Part shown: positions 53,906-64,000 of the stretch, piece after piece
Numbering within the stretch: the stretch's first letter is position 1
How the letters are laid out: each line of letters begins with the position of its first letter
Source of the DNA: Alphaproteobacteria bacterium
GTDB lineage: Bacteria; Pseudomonadota; Alphaproteobacteria; UBA828
NCBI GenBank assembly: GCA_963667785.2
Contig: CAXXMU010000006.1
Location: 1,024,001-1,088,000, forward strand
Reading direction: 5' to 3'
Length of the DNA: 64,000 nucleotides
Translations under genes and position numbers: made by a program
Notes under the pieces: generated by a model
What the model was told of the DNA's origin: nothing
Databases searched by the model: none
Seen by the model: the letters and a program-made list of their open reading frames with translations, nothing else

Positions 53906-55426
53906 CTACTCGGCGGCCGCCGCGCGCGGCGCGTCGTAGCCGTCGATCCACTGATAGTCGTAGCCGCAGACGCCGCGCTCCTCGAAGCTCTGGCCCATGT
54001 ACTCGTAGAAGCCGTCGGGGCCCGGCGGCACGGTGCCGTCCAGCACCCGGTCGATGATGCTGCGATGCCCCTGGTAGCGGGCGGGCTCCAGCTCGAAGAC
54101 CCACTTGCAGGGCTCGGAGCAGAAGTGATAGCGCCGGCCCCCGTGGTCGAGGTGGAAGTCGGTGGCGTTCCAGCGCCGGCCGTTCACCTGCCGGCCCACG
54201 CCCGCGATCCCGGTCACCTCCAGCCCGCACATGTTGCAGATGAGCGGCGGAACCTCCGGCACCGTCTTCTCGAAGCGGCCCTGGCGGATATTGTCGATCA
54301 CCACGTCCCAGCACTTGCCGTAGGTGTCGTTCCAGCCCGGATACTTCTCCTCCAGCCAGTCGCGCTCGGCGGGCGAGACGCAGGCGATCGGCCGCCACCA
54401 CTCGGTCGCGCGGTAGACGTAGACGCCGATCTGCTGCGAGTGGTGGAAGGTCTCGATGTCGTGGAGGAAGTAATCCCAGTACCACGGCAGATCGAGGCCC
54501 AAAGCCTTGATGTTGCGGGCGAACTGATCGACCACCCATTCGTGCATGAACTCCTTGAGCGAATGCTCGCGGAACTCCAGCGGCGTGTAGTAGTCCATGG
54601 AGATGCCGCTCAAGGCGGAGAACTGCTTCCAGATGCGCCAGAAGCCGATGTCGACGAGCTGCTGCGCCTCCGCCTTGCGCCCGTTCTCGATCATGATGCT
54701 GATGAGCGGCGTGCCGATCTGCGCGTGCCGGGCCTCGTCGGTCTGGATGCTCTGCAGCATGGTGGCGAAGGTGTGGTCGCCCGCCTTCGCCGCGTCCGCC
54801 GAGAGGCCGATGAACTGCAGGTTGGTAAAGCCCTGCTCGAAGGCGAAGTTGGTCATGATCGCGGCGCTGATCGCATCGCGCGTGTGCTCGATGTCGTCGA
54901 GCGCATGGCGCAGGCTGATGATGATCCAGTTCTCGGTCTTGGACGACTTGTGCGCCCAGTCGAAGACGCGGTCGTGCTTGATGAACTCGTAGGCGAAATA
55001 CATCTGGATCTGGCCGTGACGCATTTCGTCGAGGGTGCCGAAGGTCGCCATGTTGCGCATGCCCGGCGCACGGCTGAAGCGGGTCATCCGGGCGAAGGCG
55101 GATGCCGAGTGGAACTCGGCGAAGCCGATGGGGCTGAAATGCAGCGCGAGCAGCGCCTTCCAGTGCGGCGAGGCGTTCTTGAAGAAGTCCGCCCGCGCGA
55201 GCGCGGACTTCACCGAATAGGCGCCGATGTCCTTGTCGCGCTGGGTCTCGACATAGTCCCGGTAGCAGACCTTGTAGGGCTCGTCGAAGGTCTCCCACTG
55301 CTCGACCGAAATCCCGAAGGGATCGCTGAACTCGGGCGGGAAGAGCTCTTCCTCGGCGACGTAGGCGGGAGTCCAGTTGGTATCCCGCGTGAGGTCGTAC
55401 CATTCGTGCATATCGAGCAGCGCCAT
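53906..55426 (-). CDS. Soluble di-iron monooxygenase hydroxylase alpha subunit (TmoA/IsoA group)
   Basis: WYDLTRDTNW; di-iron ligands E104, E134-x-x-H137, E197, E231-x-x-H234; T201-N202; WLEEKYPGW; C-terminal YHS-like domain. Confidence 0.95.
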   Translation of the reverse strand: MALLDMHEWYDLTRDTNWTPAYVAEEELFPPEFSDPFGISVEQWETFDEPYKVCYRDYVETQRDKDIGAYSVKSALARADFFKNASPHWKALLALHFSPIGFAEFHSASAFARMTRFSRAPGMRNMATFGTLDEMRHGQIQMYFAYEFIKHDRVFDWAHKSSKTENWIIISLRHALDDIEHTRDAISAAIMTNFAFEQGFTNLQFIGLSADAAKAGDHTFATMLQSIQTDEARHAQIGTPLISIMIENGRKAEAQQLVDIGFWRIWKQFSALSGISMDYYTPLEFREHSLKEFMHEWVVDQFARNIKALGLDLPWYWDYFLHDIETFHHSQQIGVYVYRATEWWRPIACVSPAERDWLEEKYPGWNDTYGKCWDVVIDNIRQGRFEKTVPEVPPLICNMCGLEVTGIAGVGRQVNGRRWNATDFHLDHGGRRYHFCSEPCKWVFELEPARYQGHRSIIDRVLDGTVPPGPDGFYEYMGQSFEERGVCGYDYQWIDGYDAPRAAAAE

Positions 55427-55496
55427 TCCATCGTCTCCCTGGTCGGTGCCGGGACGATGCGGGCGGCGCGCCTGTGGCGCCGCCCGCACCCCGAGC

Positions 55497-56543
55497 TTAC
55501 CCGCCGAGCGCGTCCTTGAAGATCGAGCAGTCGATCCCCACTGCGGGATCGACCGTCTCGGTCATCAGGCCGAAGGTCAACCACCACTTGTTGGTGAGCT
55601 CCCAGTGGTCGGTGAGCTGGCCGTTGCGCTGGCCGAAGGGCGGCTCGCCCTCGGCAACGCCGCAGAACTGCGCCGATTCCTCCAGACTATACATGTAGAG
55701 AGTGCCGTCGTCGGGGTTGTTGAGGCCGCCGAGGATCGGCTCCACGTCCGCCACGCCCCACTGTAGCACCTCGGCGATCATCGCGTTGCCCTCCGTCGGG
55801 TTCGCGCGCCACCACTCGACCGCCGCGTAGCGGGCCTTCGTGAGCGCCACCAGCAGGTCGCGGTGCTCCGCGACGAAGGCGTCGGAGACGAAGATGGCGT
55901 CCGCGATCAGGCCCTCCTTGAGCCAGTACTCCTCGCCCGAATGGCTCATCTCGCGCGAGCCGGGGAGCTCTTCCAGCACCTGCGGGCCGTAGGGGTCCCA
56001 GAGCTCGGCGGCCGAGAGCTGGCCCGCGATCATCGCTGCGGCGGCGGCATCCGGGAAGAGGTTCACCATCTCCACCTCGTCCCACTTGATGCCCTGCTGC
56101 TCGAGCCAGATCGCCATGTAGATCTGCGACAGCCCGCCCTCGATGACGCCGACCTGCTTGCCCTTGAGGTCCTCGGGAGAGGCGATGTCGGGGCCCACGA
56201 TGATGCGGTCCGATCCGTTGCCGAGATTGGTGAGGCCGAGCAGCTTCACCGGCATGTCCTCGGCGAGCGCGATGGGGCCGAACTCGATGGTGCTGGTCAC
56301 GATGTCGAGCTGGCCGCTCGCGAGCAGGCCCATGCTCTGCACCGGGTCCTCGATGATCGAGATCTCGAGGTCGACGTTCTCCGGCAGCATCCCTTTCGCC
56401 TTGGCGATGTGGAGGAAGCCGTAGCCCGGCCAGCTGAAGTGCGCGACCCTGACGGTCTCCTTGGCGCTGGCCGCGCCGGCGATGCCGAGCGCGAGCGCGC
56501 AGGCAGCCAGTGTCATGATGGATGTTCGCCACAGCATGGTCAT
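55497..56543 (-). CDS. NitT/TauT-family ABC substrate-binding protein
   Basis: Signal peptide; WPGY, EDLKGKQVG, WDPY. Confidence 0.88.
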   Translation of the reverse strand: MTMLWRTSIMTLAACALALGIAGAASAKETVRVAHFSWPGYGFLHIAKAKGMLPENVDLEISIIEDPVQSMGLLASGQLDIVTSTIEFGPIALAEDMPVKLLGLTNLGNGSDRIIVGPDIASPEDLKGKQVGVIEGGLSQIYMAIWLEQQGIKWDEVEMVNLFPDAAAAAMIAGQLSAAELWDPYGPQVLEELPGSREMSHSGEEYWLKEGLIADAIFVSDAFVAEHRDLLVALTKARYAAVEWWRANPTEGNAMIAEVLQWGVADVEPILGGLNNPDDGTLYMYSLEESAQFCGVAEGEPPFGQRNGQLTDHWELTNKWWLTFGLMTETVDPAVGIDCSIFKDALGG

Positions 56544-56580
56544 ATCTCCCTTTCCCTTAGGTTGTCCGTGCGGGCAGGCC

Positions 56581-57429
56581 CTAGCTGACCCGCCCCCTGA
56601 TCTCCTCGCGCATCATCGCGTAGAGCCGCCGCTCCATGTCCACGTAACCCGGATGCACGAGCATCTCCTCCTTCTTCTGGAAGCGGCGGCCTTCCTTGAA
56701 CGCCATGGGGAGGTCGGCTTTGATTCGCCCCGGCTGGCGGGTGTAGAAGATGATCCGGTCGGCGAGGTAGATCGCCTCCTGGATGTCGTGGGTGACCACC
56801 ACCACCGTCTTGTTCTCGCGCTCGATGATCTCGATTATCATCTCCTCCATCTCCCAGGTGACCTGGGCGTCGAGCGCGCCGAAGGGCTCGTCCAGCAGCA
56901 GCAGCGCCGGATTCTGCGCCAGCGTGCGCGCGATGGAGACGCGCTGCTTCATGCCGCCGGAAAGCTCGGCCGGATAGGCGTTGGCGAACCCCTCCAGATG
57001 AACGAGCTCGAGGAAGTGCTCGGCGCGCGCGCGCCGCTCGGCCTTCGCGAGCCCCTGGAGCTTCAGACCGTATTCGATGTTGGCCCGCGTCGTGAGCCAG
57101 GGGAAGGAGGTATAGGCCTGGAACACCATGCCGCGCTCGGGTCCCGGCCCCGGGATCGGCCGGCCGAACATGGTCACGTCGCCCAGCGAGGGGTATTCGA
57201 GCCCCGCCATCAGCCTGAGCATCGTCGTCTTGCCGCAGCCGGACGGGCCGATCATCGCCGTCACCTGATTGGCATGGACGTCGAAGGAGACATCGTCGAG
57301 GGCGATCACGCTGCCGTTCAGGTAGCTCTTGGTGACCCGGTTGGCGCGGAGCGGCGGCGTCCCCGGCAGAGGGGCGTCGACACCCGTCTGCGCCTGCGTC
57401 GCCTTTCGCCCGAGACCCAGGATCGCCAT
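56581..57429 (-). CDS. NitT/TauT-family ABC ATP-binding protein
   Basis: GPSGCGKT, VFQAYTSFPW, LSGGMKQR, DEPFGALD, VTHD. Confidence 0.93.
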   Translation of the reverse strand: MAILGLGRKATQAQTGVDAPLPGTPPLRANRVTKSYLNGSVIALDDVSFDVHANQVTAMIGPSGCGKTTMLRLMAGLEYPSLGDVTMFGRPIPGPGPERGMVFQAYTSFPWLTTRANIEYGLKLQGLAKAERRARAEHFLELVHLEGFANAYPAELSGGMKQRVSIARTLAQNPALLLLDEPFGALDAQVTWEMEEMIIEIIERENKTVVVVTHDIQEAIYLADRIIFYTRQPGRIKADLPMAFKEGRRFQKKEEMLVHPGYVDMERRLYAMMREEIRGRVS

Positions 57430-57440
57430 CCCGCCCCCTC

Positions 57441-58322
57441 CTAGCGCCTGACCCGCAGGTAGGGGAAGAGGATGCGGCTGGCGACGCGGAACGAGATGTC
57501 GGTCAGCACGCCGAGCACACCGATGGTAAGGATGCCGCCCATCATGATGTCGACGTGGAGGAAGCGGGCAGCCCGCATCATCACCGCGCCGATGCCGTCG
57601 GTCGCCACGATGATCTCGGCGATCACCAGGTAGGTCCAGGCGACGGCGATCATGTTGCGCATGGAATCGAGGATGGCGGGCGCCGCGGCGCGGAAGGTGA
57701 TGCCCACCACCTGCCGCCGCTTGGCCCCCATGGTGAGACCGGACTCGACCAGCTCGCGCTGGACCGCGAGCGTGTTGTCGAGGATCAGCGCGACGAGAAA
57801 GAAGAAGCAGCCGAGGAAGAGCAGCGCCATCTTGGCGAAGTCGGTCGGCCCGAACCACACCAGCAGCAGCGGCGCGAAGGAGGCCGCCGGCAGATAGCGC
57901 CAGCCCCCTGTGGTCGGGCTGATGAGCGCGCGCGCCTTGACGAAGCAGCCCATGAAGACGCCGAGCGGCACGGCGATCAGGCTGGCGACGAAGAAGCTCG
58001 CATAGATGCGGTAGAGGCTGGTGCCGACATCGGCGATGAAGTTCTTCTCGGCGAAGAGATAGGCGATCTCGGCCACCACCTGCTCGACGGCAGGCAGAAA
58101 GCGTTGCTTCTCCGCCGGCGTCGCGTAGTGGGCGACCTCCCAGACGGCGAAGAAGATGATGACGCCGAGCACTCCCAGCACCACGGTGCGCCGCTGGGTG
58201 AGGGAGCCCAGCACCTCCAGGAAGGGCTGACGCGGCGGCTTGAAGACGGGCGCGAGGGCGGCCTCGCCCGGTTGCGAATTCGCATCGGACGGCGGCGTGC
58301 CCCCGGCGTGCCCCTGCGCCAT
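57441..58322 (-). CDS. NitT/TauT-family ABC permease
   Basis: RYLPAASFAPLL, AWTYLVIAE, DGIG. Confidence 0.9.
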   Translation of the reverse strand: MAQGHAGGTPPSDANSQPGEAALAPVFKPPRQPFLEVLGSLTQRRTVVLGVLGVIIFFAVWEVAHYATPAEKQRFLPAVEQVVAEIAYLFAEKNFIADVGTSLYRIYASFFVASLIAVPLGVFMGCFVKARALISPTTGGWRYLPAASFAPLLLVWFGPTDFAKMALLFLGCFFFLVALILDNTLAVQRELVESGLTMGAKRRQVVGITFRAAAPAILDSMRNMIAVAWTYLVIAEIIVATDGIGAVMMRAARFLHVDIMMGGILTIGVLGVLTDISFRVASRILFPYLRVRR

Positions 58323-58371
58323 TCATGTCACCCCGGCGGCCGGCGGTCGTTCCCGGAGCGCGTTCGCCACG

Positions 58372-59607
<1,236 letters not shown>

Positions 59608-59630
59608 GGCGGGTCGTCTCCCCTTGCCCG

Positions 59631-60305
59631 TTACGCGCCCGGCGCCGGCCGCCGGCGGCCGCCGCGCCCGGCCGCCTTTCCGCGGCCGTTTCCTGCGCCC
59701 AGCGGCTTGTCCCACTTGAAGAGGCTCTTGTAGAGGCCGAGCCCCATCATCGGCTCGACCTGGGCGATGTCGTCCGAGCCGTAGCAGTGGGAATCGAGAA
59801 AGTCGCGCAGCTCGTCGGGCGAGCCGCACACCACCTCGGCCAGCAGGTCGAAGCGCGCGGCGACGCGCATGACGTAGACGACCTCGGGCCGGTCGCGGAA
59901 GTGGGACGCCACCTCATGGGCGCTCGCGCCGCGGGCGACCTTGATGCCGAGCATCGACCAGGCCGTGTAGCCCAGCGCCAGCGGGTTCACCACGGTGATG
60001 AAGTGAATCAGGTTGGCCCGGTGCATCTGGCCCACGCGGGAGCGCACGGTCCCTTCCGAGACGCCGAGCGTCCGCGCGATGGTGGAGAACGGCATGCGGC
60101 CGTCCTCCTGCAAGAGCGCCACGATCTCCCGGTTCAGCCCCTCGATGGGAGGAGCCGAGGTATACGCGACCGCGTCGTCCTGCAGGTCGGCCATGCCTAT
60201 CTGGCGCAGGCCCATGATCGGCGCGGGCTCCGCGTCGGCCGGCGCTCGCCGCCCTGCCCCTTCGCCGTTCCCCCCGGTCTTCGAGGATGCCTTCGAGGGG
60301 CTCAT
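59631..60305 (-). CDS. Lrp/AsnC-family transcriptional regulator
   Basis: LQEDGRMPFSTIARTLGVSEGTVRSRV HTH, RFDLLAEV; GGAGG RBS. Confidence 0.9.
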   Translation of the reverse strand: MSPSKASSKTGGNGEGAGRRAPADAEPAPIMGLRQIGMADLQDDAVAYTSAPPIEGLNREIVALLQEDGRMPFSTIARTLGVSEGTVRSRVGQMHRANLIHFITVVNPLALGYTAWSMLGIKVARGASAHEVASHFRDRPEVVYVMRVAARFDLLAEVVCGSPDELRDFLDSHCYGSDDIAQVEPMMGLGLYKSLFKWDKPLGAGNGRGKAAGRGGRRRPAPGA

Positions 60306-60325
60306 GCCGCCTCCCCCTGCGATCG

Positions 60326-60430
60326 ACGGATTCCGGCGCCGACAAGGGCCAACTCCGACGAAATCCATGGCCAATCGTAGCGATTGTCGCGCAACCCGTC
60401 AACGAAACGCCGTGAACTCACGAATTTCGC
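60326..60430. promoter_or_regulatory. Four phased (31-32 bp) semi-palindromic sites, putative Lrp operators
   Basis: ACGGATTCCGG 60326, ACGAAATCCAT 60358, GCGCAACCCGT 60389, ACGAATTTCGC 60420. Confidence 0.5.
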
Positions 60431-60433
60431 ATG

Positions 60434-60462
60434 TTGGCTTCGATCCGGGCCGCGTGTAATGT
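60434..60462 (+). promoter_or_regulatory. Putative sigma70 promoter of the deacetylase gene
   Basis: TTGGCT-N17-TAATGT, about 30 bp before the start codon. Confidence 0.35.
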
Positions 60463-60492
60463 CGAGAGAGCCGCTGCCGCGAGGAGGGAGCG

Positions 60493-61422
60493 ATGACGCT
60501 CAAGCTGATCGACAACCCGGTGCCGTGGCCGGACGGAGCCCGCTGCGCCGTGGCCATCACCTTCGACATCGACACCGACAGCATCCTGCACCTCGATTTC
60601 CCCGACAAGGCGGAGAACATGCTCTCGGCCAACTCGTTCCTCAGGTACGACGAGGTGGCGATCCCGCGGATCCTGAAGGTCTACGCCCATTACGGCATCA
60701 AGCAGACCTTCTTCTATCCGGCCTGGTGCATGGAGCGGTACCCGCACCTCGTGGACGCGATCCTGGAGGGCGGGCACGAGATCGCAGCCCACGGCTACCT
60801 CCACGAGAACCCCAACGACGAATCGCGCGAGCGGCAGGAATACTGGCTGGACCGGCAGATCGAGGTGATCAAGCGCATGACCGGGCGGGCGCCGCGCGGC
60901 TGGCGCGCGCCGCTCTACAACGCGTCGAAGCACTCGCCGGCGCTGCTCGCCGAGCGCGGCATGCTCTACGACGCGAGCCTGATGGGCGACGACGTCCCCT
61001 GCGTGCTGCAGACGCCCGCCGGCGAGGTCATCTGCCTGCCCTCGCACTGGGGCATGGACGACTGGCCGCACTACATGCACAGCCTCGACTTCCACTACAC
61101 CATGACCATCAAGTCGCCGGACGAGGCCATGCGGGTCTTCGATTCCGAGTTCGAGGCTATGTACGAGAACGGCGGCATGCTCGTCACCGTCTGGCATCCC
61201 TTCGTCTCCGGCCGGCTCGCCCGGATGCGCCGCGTGGCGGCGTGGATCGAGGCGCTGCAGAAGCGGGGCGGCGTCTGGTTCGCGACGATGGAGGAGATCG
61301 CCGCCCACGTGCGCGCCTGCATCGACGACGGCTCCTGGACGCCGCGCACGGAGCGGATGCCCTACTACGACGGGCGGATTCCGGAGTGGGAGCCGCAGGA
61401 GACCGCCGCCGCCGCAGAGTAG
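60493..61422 (+). CDS. Polysaccharide deacetylase (NodB-like) small-molecule amidohydrolase
   Basis: WPDGARCAVAITFDID, HEIAAHGYLHE, GWRAP, DDWP, WHP. Confidence 0.88.
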   Translation: MTLKLIDNPVPWPDGARCAVAITFDIDTDSILHLDFPDKAENMLSANSFLRYDEVAIPRILKVYAHYGIKQTFFYPAWCMERYPHLVDAILEGGHEIAAHGYLHENPNDESRERQEYWLDRQIEVIKRMTGRAPRGWRAPLYNASKHSPALLAERGMLYDASLMGDDVPCVLQTPAGEVICLPSHWGMDDWPHYMHSLDFHYTMTIKSPDEAMRVFDSEFEAMYENGGMLVTVWHPFVSGRLARMRRVAAWIEALQKRGGVWFATMEEIAAHVRACIDDGSWTPRTERMPYYDGRIPEWEPQETAAAAE

Positions 61423-61471
61423 GCGCAGCGCGACCGGCGCTGGCCTGCGCCCGCGCCTGCGCCCGTGCGGA

Positions 61472-62461
61472 TCAGAGCGCGGGGATCAGGCGCTCCTTCG
61501 GGTACTCGGCACCGACCACGTGCTGGATCGTCACCGCGCGCACCATCTGGTAGGTGCGGATGCGGAAGGCCGGGTCGCACGACATGCGGATGTACATGTC
61601 CTTGCCGCTGATGCCGTAATCGTCCCGCAGCCACTGCATCATGTTGTCGCAGGCGTCGTAGACCGCGTGCTCCATGGGCAGGTTGATGCCGACGGCGACG
61701 AGGCTGTCGGGCTTCTCGATCCGCACGCAGGGCGCGTGCTTGTTCTTGATGACCGTCGCGCTCAGCTCGATCGTCGCCCGCGTCTCGTCGGCGATGCCGG
61801 TGAACTCGGTGTCCCCCTGGCCGCCGTGCATGTCGCCCACGTAGAGCAGGCCGCCGTCGTGATAGGCGTTGAGATAGATCGTGTGGCCGGCGCGCACGTC
61901 GCGGCAGTCGATGTTGCCGCCGAAGGGGCCCTGGCCCAGCAGCGAGGTGAAGACCTCGCGCTCCGGCGCGCACGCGAGCGTGCCGCAGAAGGGCATCAGG
62001 TCCCAGGTGAGCTTGTCCGAGTACTTGCCCGTGCCGTCCCGCGTGTGGCCGCTCGGGCCGGGGAAGTGCTCGATCACCTGCACATGCGCCTCGGAGCACT
62101 CCGCCCAGCGCTTCGAATCCCCTAGCGGCCCGATGCCCGGCAGGATGCCGGAGAAGCCGTAGCGCCAGGGATCGATCGAATCGATATGGACCGCGAGCGT
62201 GTCGCCGCGCGCGCAGCCCTCGACGTAGATCGGCCCCACCACTGGGTTGTACTTGGGCGGCCAGACGCTCTGCAGGGACACGACGTGCTCGCCGGTGAAA
62301 TCGTGCACCAGCGGGTCGTCGCTGTCGTCGGCGATCAGGCCCGAGAGCGCGTCGTCGGTCTCCAGCCGGAAGACTTCTCCCTGGGCCACGCGCAGGATCG
62401 GCTCGTCCTCCCAGTCGAAGGCGTACTTGCTGGGCACCTCGCCCCGCCTGATCGTCTGCAT
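61472..62461 (-). CDS. Acetamidase/formamidase family protein
   Basis: NPVVGPIYVEG, GGNIDC, GDMHGGQGDTE. Confidence 0.9.
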   Translation of the reverse strand: MQTIRRGEVPSKYAFDWEDEPILRVAQGEVFRLETDDALSGLIADDSDDPLVHDFTGEHVVSLQSVWPPKYNPVVGPIYVEGCARGDTLAVHIDSIDPWRYGFSGILPGIGPLGDSKRWAECSEAHVQVIEHFPGPSGHTRDGTGKYSDKLTWDLMPFCGTLACAPEREVFTSLLGQGPFGGNIDCRDVRAGHTIYLNAYHDGGLLYVGDMHGGQGDTEFTGIADETRATIELSATVIKNKHAPCVRIEKPDSLVAVGINLPMEHAVYDACDNMMQWLRDDYGISGKDMYIRMSCDPAFRIRTYQMVRAVTIQHVVGAEYPKERLIPAL

Positions 62462-62583
62462 CGCGGCCTCTCCCTTCGCCTGTCGTCATCGCCCGGCGCG
62501 GCCCCGGACGTGCCGGGGGCGCCGACCGGCCGCCACGATATCACGGACCGCCGCGCGGACCCGACGCTGCGGCCTTCAGACGA

Positions 62584-62598
62584 TTATGGGTCCCATAA
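62584..62598. promoter_or_regulatory. Perfect palindrome TTATGGG-T-CCCATAA (LysR-type T-N11-A operator candidate)
   Basis: Read directly, in an AT-rich divergent intergenic region. Confidence 0.5.
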
Positions 62599-62767
62599 CA
62601 ATTTGTTTTCTTGCGGCGTTTTCGGGCGATGACCACCTGAGAAATTACGCGACAGGCCGGGAACAATCGTTCCCCGTCATCGGCAAGTGGATAGAGGCGC
62701 TGGGCCGTTCGCAATCGTGACGAGAACGAACGCCCGCGACGCCTCGAACGGGAAGGAAGTACCGACC

Positions 62768-63301
62768 ATGAAATATCGTTTCGCAGCGGCGGCAGCGGCC
62801 CTGGCGCTCGGTGTGACCGCCGGCCTCGGTGCCGCATCCGCGCACCACACCTACGAGGTTACGGTGACGAACGAGATGGAGGACGAGCTGCTCGCGCCGA
62901 TCCTGGTGGCACCGGTGGCGGAAGACGGCAAGATCTTCGTCGGGCGCTACGTCTCGAACGAGGCGGAGCACCAGATCCTCACCGGAGAGCCGGAGATGCT
63001 GGCAGACGTCATCGGCGAGAGCGCCGCGATCGGCCACGGCAGCGACGGCCCCCCCGGCGTCCTCCTGGCGCCGGGCGAGTCGGTCACCTTCACGGTGCCG
63101 AACGGCGCCGCGCAGGTCCGCGTCCTCGCCATGGTGGCGCCCACCGTCTACCCGGACCACTACGTGACCGCGGTCGTTCCGCTGAACGGCGAGCCGGTCT
63201 CGGTGGGGCTCGATCGCTTCGATATCGGCTACGACGAAGGCCGCATGCAGATCGAGCCCGTGGCCGAGGCGGTCGCGACGGTGAGCGTGGGCGTCATGTG
63301 A
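62768..63301 (+). CDS. Secreted protein, spondin-N-like
   Basis: Signal peptide; YEVTVTN, PGESVTFTV, LAMVAPT, FDIGYDE. Confidence 0.6.
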   Translation: MKYRFAAAAAALALGVTAGLGAASAHHTYEVTVTNEMEDELLAPILVAPVAEDGKIFVGRYVSNEAEHQILTGEPEMLADVIGESAAIGHGSDGPPGVLLAPGESVTFTVPNGAAQVRVLAMVAPTVYPDHYVTAVVPLNGEPVSVGLDRFDIGYDEGRMQIEPVAEAVATVSVGVM

Positions 63302-64000
63302 CCGGCGTCTCCGCGAGCCGTCGCCTGCTGTCGGCGGCGCGGCCGGCCTCGATCAGCGAGAGAATCATCTCGGGCCTGAGCGGCAGCGTCGTGATCTCGA
63401 CGCCGAAGGGCGCGAGCGCGTCACAGATGGCGTTGGCGAGCGCGCCCGGCACGGGCCCCGGCCCGCCCTCACCCTCCGCGCGGACGCCGGGCGGGTGGTC
63501 CGGGCTCGGCGTGGGCGCGAAGGCGACGGTGACGTGCGGCACATCGGCTGCCGACGCGAGAGGATAGCGCCCGAAGTCCGCCGCCCTCTGCCGGCCATCC
63601 TCGCCGTAGACGATCTCCTCGAACATCGCGTTCGACATCCCCTGGACGACCGCGCCCTGTACCTCGCCTTCGACGACGATCGGATCGATCACGCTGCCCG
63701 CGTCCTCGCAGGTGACGTAGTCGAGGACGATGAAGCGGCCGGTCTCGATGTCGACCTCGACCGTCGCGGCATGCGCGGTGAAGCAGGGCGCCGGCTTCGG
63801 CGCCTCGACGCGGGCAGTATGCGCTAGGCCGGGGGGCTCGCCCGGCGGCGGGTCCGCCTGCTCCCCGCGCGGCGGGAGCATGTCCGACGGGATGGCGGAG
63901 AGCTCCGCGCCGCAGGCGAAGCCGATCCCCAGATAGTGCCCCTCGGCGCGCGCGTCCGCCTGCATCGCGCGAAAGCCCGCGAGGTCCACCCTCTCCAGGA
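63294..64000 (-). CDS. Xanthine/CO dehydrogenase-family molybdopterin large subunit, C-terminal part with internal deletion; start outside window
   Basis: YLGIGFA, HAATVEVDIETG, EDAG...P.VVEG, GEGG...ANAICDAL. Confidence 0.8.
   Translation of the reverse strand, partial: LERVDLAGFRAMQADARAEGHYLGIGFACGAELSAIPSDMLPPRGEQADPPPGEPPGLAHTARVEAPKPAPCFTAHAATVEVDIETGRFIVLDYVTCEDAGSVIDPIVVEGEVQGAVVQGMSNAMFEEIVYGEDGRQRAADFGRYPLASAADVPHVTVAFAPTPSPDHPPGVRAEGEGGPGPVPGALANAICDALAPFGVEITTLPLRPEMILSLIEAGRAADSRRRLAETPVT

Noticed and set aside
53906-55426. Calling the enzyme a methane, propane or phenol monooxygenase, or assigning tmo/iso gene symbols
   Set aside because: Sequence and gene order fit the toluene/alkene group, but the pocket residues and gene context do not support a specific known substrate.

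Overview
GC-rich, gene-dense bacterial chromosome segment, probably alphaproteobacterial (ftsK-lolA synteny, short palindromic intergenic elements). I saw no rRNA, tRNA, CRISPR array or transposase. A small housekeeping core (ftsK, lolA, a DinF-type MATE, gdh, a Lon-like protease) is surrounded by catabolic and transport modules. Two loci stand out. (1) At 52-62.5 kb there is a toluene/alkene-type soluble di-iron monooxygenase (alpha, gamma, effector and beta subunits) with no Rieske ferredoxin or reductase gene and an unusually polar active-site pocket. It is co-oriented with an Lrp regulator, a triple-domain Rid protein and a NitT/TauT ABC importer, and flanked by amide and lactam hydrolases. 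This suggests an undescribed pathway for a polar nitrogen-containing substrate. (2) At 12.7-22.3 kb a cluster next to a MocR regulator combines an IlvD-family protein lacking the two N-terminal Fe-S cysteine motifs, a MocD/MocE-like oxygenase, a degenerate PanB-like protein, a transaldolase-like protein lacking phosphate-binding residues, and a TRAP transporter. Functional calls come from motif recognition and recalled family sequences, not from database searches.
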